IMG/VR virus record: IMGVR_UViG_3300017761_002315
Coordinates: 1 to 36,498 of that record
Reading direction: 5' to 3' (one strand)
Length of the DNA stretch: 36,498 bases
Source: a virus
Taxonomy: Duplodnaviria; Caudoviricetes
In this document: positions 18,223 to 26,116 of the stretch, one piece after another
Layout: the number at the start of each line of letters is the position of its first letter
Position numbering within the stretch: the first letter of the stretch is position 1
Notes under the pieces: model-generated
Databases searched by the model: none
What the model was told of the DNA's origin: nothing
What the model saw: only the letters and a program-made list of their open reading frames with translations
Made by a program: the position numbers and the translations under genes

Positions 18223-19547
18223 TGCCTATTGACCCGCGTATTGCCCTCATGGGCAACCCCGACAGGACCGACGTCTTTGGTGCGTTCAACACGTCTCGTG
18301 CTGCCGCGCAAACGGCCCAAGCAAACCAGATGGCGATGCAGGCTGCGGAAGCCACGGCTACCGCGCAGCGCAACGCTATGTCGGAAGCGCAGACGCTTGA
18401 CCCAACCAATCAAACCGCGTTGCGGGCCTATGCCTTGCGCCACGGCAGCGCGGCGACCCCGATTATCGAAGGGCTCGCGGGCGCAGACAATCTGTTCACC
18501 GCGCGCAATACGGACGCGCGCGCGCAAGGCACACACGCGACAGAGCAGCGCGACAGTATGCAAGGCTTCATGCGGACCGCCCTCGCGTCGATCCGCAACA
18601 ATCCGTCCGACGAAAACATCGCCGCTGTGTCCGCGCAGGCCGTAGGCATGGGTATTCCCCAGGCGCAGATGGACGCCTACGCAGCGCGGTTCCGCGCCGT
18701 CCCTGTCGAACAGCGCGGCGCGTTGCTGGATAATGAACTGGCCACGACGGAGCAGGGCCGCGCGCTGCTCAAGACGTTCACGCGCGAGATCGCGATGGAC
18801 GACGTCGGCGGGTCTTTGGTTCCGAGGGACACCAACCTCCTCGCGCTGGGGGCCGTCATGCCCACCGCCCGCACCAAGACGCCAGACCCGATGAAGTATA
18901 CCGACTTCCCGACGCCCGATGGTATTACGCGCGTCTACGCGGACGGGCGCAGCGAACTGCTGCGTGGGCCGACGGGCGCTCCCCTTATGCCCGCGCCAAC
19001 GCGGGAGGAACGGCAAGATGCCGATGCAGCGGCAGCGGCAATCGCCGCTGCGCCGCAGCGGCTGGAAGGTGCGCGGAACCTGACGCGTCTCATCGACGAC
19101 GCTACGGCCAATACTAATCACTGGACGGCGGGGCTTGGGTCACTCACCGCAGCTATCCCTGGCACGCCCGCTGCCGACCTCGCAGGCACTATGGAAAGCA
19201 TCAAGAGCAATCTGGCGTTCGACAGGTTGCAGCAGATGCGCGATGAAAGCCGCACGGGCGGCGCGCTTGGCCAGATCGTGCTGCGCGAACTGGATATGCT
19301 CGCATCTGTGTGGGCGTCGACGCAGCAATCGCAGTCACCGCCGCAACTCCGCGAAAACCTCGGCGTACTGCGCGCGCGCTCGGAGGCTTTGGTCGCGGCA
19401 TACCAAGCCATGATTGACGCAGGCGCTGGCGGTGGGGCCGGCGGAGGAGGTTCTCCGCCCCGTATCACCACTCAGGCGCAATACGACGCGCTTGCAAGCG
19501 GTGAGCCATACATCGACCCTAACGGCGTGCGCAGGACGAAACAGTGA
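18222..19547 (+). CDS. Internal virion / DNA ejection protein
   Basis: Ala/Gln-rich helical protein, TGATG-coupled, second of three ejection-type genes. Confidence 0.6.
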   Translation: MPIDPRIALMGNPDRTDVFGAFNTSRAAAQTAQANQMAMQAAEATATAQRNAMSEAQTLDPTNQTALRAYALRHGSAATPIIEGLAGADNLFTARNTDARAQGTHATEQRDSMQGFMRTALASIRNNPSDENIAAVSAQAVGMGIPQAQMDAYAARFRAVPVEQRGALLDNELATTEQGRALLKTFTREIAMDDVGGSLVPRDTNLLALGAVMPTARTKTPDPMKYTDFPTPDGITRVYADGRSELLRGPTGAPLMPAPTREERQDADAAAAAIAAAPQRLEGARNLTRLIDDATANTNHWTAGLGSLTAAIPGTPAADLAGTMESIKSNLAFDRLQQMRDESRTGGALGQIVLRELDMLASVWASTQQSQSPPQLRENLGVLRARSEALVAAYQAMIDAGAGGGAGGGGSPPRITTQAQYDALASGEPYIDPNGVRRTKQ

Positions 19548-21961
19548 AACAAGATGCGTTCTGGGCAAACGATCCTGTTGCGGCTCCCGCCCGCCCGCAG
19601 CCCGCGCCGACGCAAGCCCCCGCGCAGTTTTGGGCAAACGATCCTGTAGCCGCGCCAGCCGCCCCGCGTCGCCCGGCTCCCGCAGGCGGAGGGCGTCAGC
19701 CCGCCCGCCCGCAGGCCGCGCCTGCTGCCGCTCCGGTCGACGAGTACGCCACGCCGATGATCCGCGACGTGCAGCGCACGGCGGAGGGGACGACCTACCT
19801 CATTCGCCCACTGACCCCGGAGGACACCGACGAGAAGCTGACCGCCGAGGGGCGGTACTTCAACCCGACCACGAACACCTGGGAGTTCCCGCGCGAGCTG
19901 GAAGGCACCGACGTGCAAGCGCCTGCGCTGGAGACTCTGCCGATGGTGCGCCCGGGCGCTGCCGCGCCAGCGCAGCAAGAAGGCAACGCGCTAACCCGAG
20001 GGCTGCAATCGCTTGCAAACGTCACCGCCAGCCTGCCGGTCGTTCAGGAGGTAGCTGAAAATCCTTTCGCCAGCATAGTGGCGGGCGGCTTGCGCGGCGG
20101 TATGCGCATCCGTGAAGGGGGCCGCGAACTGCTTGGCCAGGGCGTTCGCATGCTGCCTTTTGGCGAAGAAGTCGGTCAAGGTTTGGTCAACGAGGCAAGG
20201 CGCAACAGCGCAATCCTGGATGCGCTTAACTCGCCATTTCGCGAGGCCAACACCTTTGCCAACCAAACGGGGCAGTTCCTTGGCGAAACTGCGGTAACGG
20301 CCCCCATCGGCGGTTTGGTAGGCCGAGGCATCTCGGCGGGCGGGCAGGGCCTCGCCCGCGTCGCGCCGCGGACGGGCCAGATCCTTGAGCGCATCGGACA
20401 GTCGACCGCTGCGGGCGGCTTCCTGCCGTCCGCCGTGCGTCCGCCGGCGGCAGGTGTTGCTCCCGCGATCGGCGAGCGGGTCCGCAACACCCTTATCCGC
20501 GGCGCGGGCGGTTTGATTTCGGGCGGGGCGCAGACGGCGCTCATCGACGATGACGCCGCCGCCGCCGGCGCGGCTATCGGTGCGCTTCTGCCTACTGTCG
20601 CCGCCCGCCCGGCCAAGTATGCCCTCAACCAACTGCTGAACGGCTTTGATGCCTTGGCGGGCTCCATGGGCCGCGCCCGCGCGTCGGAGATTGTGCGGCA
20701 GTCGCTCGGCATCGAGTACAACGCCGCCGTTGCCGCTCTGCGCAACGCAGGCCCCGACGTCAACGCGCAGCAGGCCCTGGTCGAAGCTGGCATCGAGCCG
20801 TCCGCCTTCATGGGCGTCGGTGCTGCCGTGCGTGGCGCAAACCCTGACCCGTTCATCGCTTTGGAGGCGCAGCAGGCTGCGGCTCGCCAAGCATCAATCG
20901 ACCGGCTGGCCGGGGGCGCGAACCTGACTGCGGCGCAACTGACGCAGCGCGCCGAGAAAGAGGCGCTGCGCGGTGCGACCGTGCCGATGCAGCGCGCCGA
21001 ACTGGCCGCAGCAGACGCCTCAGGTGCTCTCGACGTCGCCCCGGTATCCGCGGCGCTGATGGCGCAAGCTGACGCGCCAGGTGTCGGCACAACCAACAGC
21101 CGGGTGCTGGCTGAGATCGCCACCGGTCTGGACGCGCTGGCCGCGCGTCGCGGTGGCGTCGCGTCGGCGGACGACCTGTATGCGTTTCGCAAGGACGACC
21201 TCGACGACATCATCTCCCGGTCCCTGAGCGGACAGCGCGGTGGCGACATCACCAGCCAAGCCGCACGCCGCAGCGAACTGGTGCGCTCGGCGCAGCAGAT
21301 GCTGGACGACGCCATCGAGGCGGCGGGCGGCACCGGCTGGCGGCAATATCTTGCGGACTACGCCAGCGGTTCCGAAACCATTCGCCGGCAGGCCATGATG
21401 GGCGTCGCCGCGCGGCAACTGCGCAACAACCCCAACGCCTTTGTCAACCTTGTCGAGGGCGACGCGCCCGACGTCGTCTCCGGCGTGTTCGGCGGCAACC
21501 GCATCGACCTCGCCAACCAGATGAACCCGACAGGCGTCGGGCCGTCGGGCATGGACGCGCTGACGGACGCTGCGCGGCAGATCCGGCGTGACGAGCGCGT
21601 CGGGATGCTGGCGGGCGAGGGTCGGGGTGTCGCCCAAGAACTGCTGCAACAGTCGGCTCGTGGCCCCGTACGCCGTCTGATCAACCTCGTGGCACGGTCG
21701 CGCCCCGGGACGGCAGCGGCGCTGGACTTTGGCTCCATGCTGGTCGACGCCAAGGTGGCCCCGCAGGTCCGCCGCGAACTGGCGAGGGCGTATCAGTCCG
21801 GGGCCAACATGGACGAACTGCTGTCCGTGGTGCCGTCAGCCACGCGGGCGCAGATGGCCCGCAACATGATGAACCCTGCGTTCTGGTCGCACCTGACCGG
21901 CGCGGGGGTGAACGTCATGGCCGACCCGCCCGCTAACGCCATGTCACCCCCGCCGCAGTAG
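19544..21961 (+). CDS. Large internal virion / DNA ejection protein
   Basis: 805 aa, A/G-rich with hydrophobic Gly-rich stretches; last gene of the rightward virion operon. Confidence 0.6.
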   Translation: MKQDAFWANDPVAAPARPQPAPTQAPAQFWANDPVAAPAAPRRPAPAGGGRQPARPQAAPAAAPVDEYATPMIRDVQRTAEGTTYLIRPLTPEDTDEKLTAEGRYFNPTTNTWEFPRELEGTDVQAPALETLPMVRPGAAAPAQQEGNALTRGLQSLANVTASLPVVQEVAENPFASIVAGGLRGGMRIREGGRELLGQGVRMLPFGEEVGQGLVNEARRNSAILDALNSPFREANTFANQTGQFLGETAVTAPIGGLVGRGISAGGQGLARVAPRTGQILERIGQSTAAGGFLPSAVRPPAAGVAPAIGERVRNTLIRGAGGLISGGAQTALIDDDAAAAGAAIGALLPTVAARPAKYALNQLLNGFDALAGSMGRARASEIVRQSLGIEYNAAVAALRNAGPDVNAQQALVEAGIEPSAFMGVGAAVRGANPDPFIALEAQQAAARQASIDRLAGGANLTAAQLTQRAEKEALRGATVPMQRAELAAADASGALDVAPVSAALMAQADAPGVGTTNSRVLAEIATGLDALAARRGGVASADDLYAFRKDDLDDIISRSLSGQRGGDITSQAARRSELVRSAQQMLDDAIEAAGGTGWRQYLADYASGSETIRRQAMMGVAARQLRNNPNAFVNLVEGDAPDVVSGVFGGNRIDLANQMNPTGVGPSGMDALTDAARQIRRDERVGMLAGEGRGVAQELLQQSARGPVRRLINLVARSRPGTAAALDFGSMLVDAKVAPQVRRELARAYQSGANMDELLSVVPSATRAQMARNMMNPAFWSHLTGAGVNVMADPPANAMSPPPQ

Positions 21962-22126
21962 CTCGCGTCGCTCGCGGGCGGCGCGGACCTTGCTGTACCT
22001 CATGTGCAGCCGGGTCAGGTGCGAGGCGCGCGGCTCGTCACGCCGCGCCTCGGCGGCGATCGCAGCCGCCAGCTCGGCCTCGCTCATCGACGGGAGGCGT
22101 TCGACCAGGTCAGTCCACTCGGTCAC
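21944..22126 (-). CDS. Hypothetical protein (60 aa, MTEWTDLVERLPSMSEAEL...)
   Basis: GTGA overlap with the helicase stop and an upstream GAGGAG; overlaps the 3' end of the convergent ejection gene by 18 nt. Confidence 0.65.
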   Translation of the reverse strand: MTEWTDLVERLPSMSEAELAAAIAAEARRDEPRASHLTRLHMRYSKVRAARERRELLRRG

Positions 22127-23409
22127 GCGGCCAACTCCTCTGTAGCCAGTTGGGACAGCGACCGCTTGTCGTGCAGCGACTGCCAGATCCTCTCGTCGAT
22201 CGTCTTCTCGGTCATGAGGACGTAAGCCCACACCGGGTGCTTCTGTCCGCTGCGGTGTAGCCGCCCGACCGTCTGCTCGAACAGCTCCAGAGACCACGGT
22301 AGCGAGACGAACACGATGTGCGACCCGCCGTGCTGGAGGTTGAGCCCATGCCCGGCTGACTTCGGGTGGACCAGCAGCATCTCGATCTGCCCGGCGTTCC
22401 ACCGCTTGATCGCGTCGGCGTCGTCCAGCGTCTGCGCCTGCGGGTAACGCCGCTTCAACTCGGCCAGCTCCTCGCGGTAGTTATACACCACTAAGGTGTT
22501 TGCCCGCTGGTTCTCGGCCAGCAACTCCTCCAGCCGGTCGAAGCGGTGCGACGAGAACCAGACCGGCGAGGGCGAGTAGGCCCACCCGCCGGCGAGCTGC
22601 TGGAGCTTGCTCGTCACCGCCGCTGCGGTCAGGGCAGTCACCGTCTCGCCGCCGACCTGCGCGACGTAGTCCCGCTTCATCTTGTCGTATGCCTTCATGT
22701 CCATGGTCGACTTGACCTCGACGACGTTGAGCGGAGGCAGCTTGTCAGAATACTCGCCCGCATCCAGCACGAACGTGGCGGGCTTGATCTTGGCCATGAT
22801 GCCCGCCAAGGCGCTTGGCCGGGCGACCCACTGGCCGAACTCCCGGCTGATCGGGATGAACCAGGTCTGTAGGAACGCCCCCTTGGAGCGCCCGAGTAGG
22901 TCAACGTCGATCACCTTGCACTGGCCGAACACGTCCTCCAGCCCGTTCGAGGTGAACGACCCGGTCAGGCCCCACCGGAACCGCAGCGGGTCCAGCTTCT
23001 TGAACAGATCCTTGAAGCGTGCGCCGGACGGGTTCTTGAGCCGGGTCAGTTCGTCGAACACCACCCCATCGAAGCCGTCGAGCGACGGCAGGGTCTGGAT
23101 CGTGTCGTAGTTGGCGACGACCACGTCGGCCTTGGACGCGAACGCTGCCGCCCGCTGCGCCGGCGTGCCGACAGCCACGGCCAGCGTCAGCCCCGGCGCC
23201 CACTTGAGGGCTTCGACAGGCCAGACGTCGGTGCAGACCCGCTTGGGGGCGAGCACCAGCCAGCGCCGGGCGATGCCTTGGCGGATCATGTCCTGCATGG
23301 CGGACAGGGTGATCGCGGTCTTGCCGGCACCAACCGCAGCGAGGATCATCGCCCGATCGGTGGCGAACAGGAAGTCGGCAGCCTGCTCCTGGTAGGGGCG
23401 GAGCTTCAT
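22123..23409 (-). CDS. SNF2-family (SF2) helicase
   Basis: LRPYQ, GAGKT, FDELT, LTGS, GHGLNLQ and GRLHRSGQ helicase motifs. Confidence 0.92.
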   Translation of the reverse strand: MKLRPYQEQAADFLFATDRAMILAAVGAGKTAITLSAMQDMIRQGIARRWLVLAPKRVCTDVWPVEALKWAPGLTLAVAVGTPAQRAAAFASKADVVVANYDTIQTLPSLDGFDGVVFDELTRLKNPSGARFKDLFKKLDPLRFRWGLTGSFTSNGLEDVFGQCKVIDVDLLGRSKGAFLQTWFIPISREFGQWVARPSALAGIMAKIKPATFVLDAGEYSDKLPPLNVVEVKSTMDMKAYDKMKRDYVAQVGGETVTALTAAAVTSKLQQLAGGWAYSPSPVWFSSHRFDRLEELLAENQRANTLVVYNYREELAELKRRYPQAQTLDDADAIKRWNAGQIEMLLVHPKSAGHGLNLQHGGSHIVFVSLPWSLELFEQTVGRLHRSGQKHPVWAYVLMTEKTIDERIWQSLHDKRSLSQLATEELAA

Positions 23410-23639
23410 AGCTGCCAACTGAACAGGCGCGGCGGCGAGGGCTGGGCCTTGGCCTGAAACTCCGGCGGCAGCGGGCGGCTGGCGACGCGCGGCTTGCGGC
23501 GCAGCATCCCCATCCGGTCCATCTTGCCGATGATGGCGTTGCGGCTCAGGCCCATCGCCTTGGCGATCTCGCCTGCCGACATGCCGCGATCGCGCATCTT
23601 CACAAGCATCAGTTCTTTGTATTCAGGCCAGTCAGCCAT
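23406..23639 (-). CDS. GcrA-like protein (N-terminal HTH DNA-binding domain only)
   Basis: W....L......GMSA.EIAK.MG.SRNAIIGK..RMG closely matches the alphaproteobacterial GcrA N-terminus (W..G.SASQIA..LG.TRNAVIGK.HRLG). Confidence 0.8.
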   Translation of the reverse strand: MADWPEYKELMLVKMRDRGMSAGEIAKAMGLSRNAIIGKMDRMGMLRRKPRVASRPLPPEFQAKAQPSPPRLFSWQL

Positions 23640-23890
23640 TCGTCGATCTCCCTCTGTGACGACAGAACCGTGTAGTTCTGTCCGAGCCGCTCCATCTCGG
23701 CGGCGAATACCTTTTGCAACGGCGACAGCCGTCCGCCAGGGCGCTTAAGTTCCACGAACCACGTCTGACCTTGCAGACAGACGATCCGGTCGCTGACGCC
23801 GCGGTGCGACGGGCTGACGAACTTGAAGGCGACACCGCCAGCAGCGGCCACCGCCTTGCGAAAGTATGCCTCGACGTCTCTCTCAAGCAC
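23609..23890 (-). CDS. VRR-NUC domain nuclease
   Basis: E..VE...GG.A.KF.SP...GV.DR...FVELK.PGGRLS.LQ PD-(D/E)xK signature. Confidence 0.9.
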   Translation of the reverse strand: MLERDVEAYFRKAVAAAGGVAFKFVSPSHRGVSDRIVCLQGQTWFVELKRPGGRLSPLQKVFAAEMERLGQNYTVLSSQREIDEWLTGLNTKN

Positions 23891-24164
23891 TGAACATTTG
23901 CTTGCGTTGCAGTTGCTGCGTCAGCCGCGCATTGCGAAGAATGTCCATCGCAAGCAAGATGGCGTCGTCGGCGGTCAACTGCACGCACTCTCCAACGCCA
24001 GTTGTCGTGTCGGCTAGAAACACTCGCACCCCCGCCGAGCAGGCCAGCGCGTATACGCCGTGTTCGGGGTATTCCATGCAGTTGCGCGTCCAAGTGCCGT
24101 GGAGGGTTGGGTCGTCGTAGGTCTTGTAGGCGTTTGCGGGCGCGGATCTATCAAACTGTGACAT
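23883..24164 (-). CDS. Hypothetical protein (MSQFDRSAPANAYK...)
   Basis: AGAGGAGAG RBS before ATG 24164; first gene of the leftward operon. Confidence 0.65.
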   Translation of the reverse strand: MSQFDRSAPANAYKTYDDPTLHGTWTRNCMEYPEHGVYALACSAGVRVFLADTTTGVGECVQLTADDAILLAMDILRNARLTQQLQRKQMFSA

Positions 24165-24189
24165 GTTTCTCTCCTCTGATGAGACCCCG

Positions 24190-24247
24190 ACCATACACAC
24201 CGAAAAGAGATTGACAACACTTTTCGGTGCAGCCAGAGTGGCGTCAA
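24190..24247. promoter_or_regulatory. Divergent promoter region with inverted-repeat operator
   Basis: TTGACA at 24211-24216 flanked by the perfect inverted repeat caccgaaaag (24198-24207) / cttttcggtg (24220-24229); TTGACG on the minus strand at 24247-24242. Confidence 0.6.
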
Positions 24248-24264
24248 CAAGGAGAGACAATCAC

Positions 24265-25392
24265 ATGGCCCACTCACTCATCGTCGGCGGCTCGACCGCC
24301 AAGCGCGTCATCAACTGCCCCGGCTCGGTGGCGCTGGTGGCCACCATGCCCCCGCAGCCCGGCTCGTCCTACGCCAACGAGGGCAGCCTGCTGCACGAGG
24401 CCATCGCCATCGTGATGGACACGGCCTGCGCACCGGAGGACATGGTCGGCTTTGAGGCCCACGGCCTGACGCTGACCGAGGAGCTGCTGGAGCGCAAGCT
24501 CAAGCCCGCGCTGGCCCTGCTCAACGAGTACGACCCCAAGGCCGCGATGGAGTTCACCACCGAGGAGACGGTCAGCTACGGCGACCTGATGCCCGGCGTG
24601 TTCGGTTCGTCCGACATCGTCGGTCGGCTGGACGGCAAGGCCGTCATCCTCGACTGGAAGTTCGGCGACGGCCTGATGGTCGAGGCCGAGGAGAACCCGC
24701 AGCTCATGTTCTACGCTGCTGCTGCCATGCGCACGCCGTCCTGTGCGTGGGCGTTCAAGGACGTCACCGAGGTCGAGTGCGTCATCATCCAGCCGCCGTT
24801 TCTGCGGACGTGGACGACTACGGTCGAGCGCATCGCCGAGTTCGAGCGCCAACTGGTCCGCGCCGTCAACGCCGCCGGGCTGCCGCGTGCGCCCCTGGCG
24901 GACGGCGACTGGTGCAAGTGGTGCACGGCCAAGCCGATCTGCCCCATCAAGACCGGCCAACTGGACCGCATGAAGATGGCCGCAATGCAAGCGATCGACG
25001 CCGACAAGTTGGCGTCCTACCTCGCCGTCGCCCCTGACATCGAGGACTTCCTTGCGCAGTGCCGCGCTCTGGCGCATCAACTGCTGGAGAACGACGTGCC
25101 GGTGCCCGGCTACAAGCTGGTCGCCAAGCGCGCAACGAGACATTGGGCTGACCCGACGACGGCGCAGGATGCGCTGATCGGGCTCGGCCTGACCAAGACT
25201 GACGTGACCAAGACCGAACTGCTGTCGGTGGCGCAGGCCGAGAAGGTGCTCAAAAAGCACAAGATCGACCTTCCTTCTGACATGGTTGTCGCGGTATCGT
25301 CGGGGTCCACCCTCGCGGTGGAGACGGACCCCCGCCCTGCGGTGGTCCAGATCGGGCGTCAACTTTCTGCCGCCCTTAGCAAGCTGAACTAG
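24265..25392 (+). CDS. Cas4-like PD-(D/E)xK exonuclease (DUF2800-type)
   Basis: N-terminal C.GS, G...HE, D....ILDWKFG, QL.FYA and C-terminal CKWC....C Fe-S-type cysteines; AAGGAGA RBS. Confidence 0.85.
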   Translation: MAHSLIVGGSTAKRVINCPGSVALVATMPPQPGSSYANEGSLLHEAIAIVMDTACAPEDMVGFEAHGLTLTEELLERKLKPALALLNEYDPKAAMEFTTEETVSYGDLMPGVFGSSDIVGRLDGKAVILDWKFGDGLMVEAEENPQLMFYAAAAMRTPSCAWAFKDVTEVECVIIQPPFLRTWTTTVERIAEFERQLVRAVNAAGLPRAPLADGDWCKWCTAKPICPIKTGQLDRMKMAAMQAIDADKLASYLAVAPDIEDFLAQCRALAHQLLENDVPVPGYKLVAKRATRHWADPTTAQDALIGLGLTKTDVTKTELLSVAQAEKVLKKHKIDLPSDMVVAVSSGSTLAVETDPRPAVVQIGRQLSAALSKLN

Positions 25393-25402
25393 GAAAAAGA
25401 CA

Positions 25403-26050
25403 ATGAGCAATATGACTGTATTCGGAAACGCGGGCCTCCCTTCCGTCGGCGACCTGACCTCGGCCCTGCGCCGGGTCGAGGCCACCGTCGAGACGGGCGC
25501 GGGCGGCATCATCCTCAAGATGGACAAGACCGGCCACTGGGTGTTCGGTGCTGACCAGACCGAGGTCGAGAGCGACAGCAAGTGGGCTGTCAATCCCTTC
25601 TCGTTCGTCCACGGCTTCATCGCTTGGGGCAACGGCGAGGTGCTTGGCGAGGCCATGGGTCCGGTGACGGCCCCGCTGCCCGAGCACGGCCCCGTGCCGG
25701 ACGGCTGCGCCAAGGGCTGGGAAGTGCAGATCGGCGCGTCCGTGAAGTGCATCTCGGGCGAGGACGCAGGCATCAACGCCCGCTACTCGGCCACCTCGGT
25801 CGGCGGCAAGAAGGCCCTGACCGCGCTCGGCCTCGCCATCGCGGCGCAGGTCGAGAAAGACCCGTCCAAGCCTGTGCCGATCGTGATCCTCCGCAAGGCG
25901 CACTACCTGCACAAGTCCTACGGTCGCATCTTCACGCCGGTCTTCGACGTCGTGGAGTGGGTCGCTATGGACAAGGAGCCGGAACCGGGTGAAGCTGCGG
26001 CTGGCGATGCCGATGAGGCTCCCCCCACGCGCCGTCGCCGCGCCGCATAA
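25403..26050 (+). CDS. Putative single-stranded DNA-binding protein
   Basis: Between exonuclease and DNA polymerase; aromatic-rich core and acidic C-terminal tail. Confidence 0.55.
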   Translation: MSNMTVFGNAGLPSVGDLTSALRRVEATVETGAGGIILKMDKTGHWVFGADQTEVESDSKWAVNPFSFVHGFIAWGNGEVLGEAMGPVTAPLPEHGPVPDGCAKGWEVQIGASVKCISGEDAGINARYSATSVGGKKALTALGLAIAAQVEKDPSKPVPIVILRKAHYLHKSYGRIFTPVFDVVEWVAMDKEPEPGEAAAGDADEAPPTRRRRAA

Positions 26051-26061
26051 GCGGAGTGAAA

Positions 26062-26099
26062 GTGACCCCCGGCGTTCCCACCCCTCCGCCGGGGGTCGC
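26062..26099 (+). terminator. Intergenic hairpin between SSB-like gene and polymerase
   Basis: gacccccggcg (26064-26074) / cgccgggggtc (26087-26097) 11-bp stem; no U-tract. Confidence 0.45.
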
Positions 26100-26116
26100 G
26101 AGTAGCAACCAATCAC

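Noticed and set aside
24265-25392. Cas4-like gene as a sign of CRISPR-Cas
   Set aside because: No repeat-spacer array or other cas genes; stand-alone Cas4-like exonucleases beside SSB and PolA are ordinary phage replication genes.
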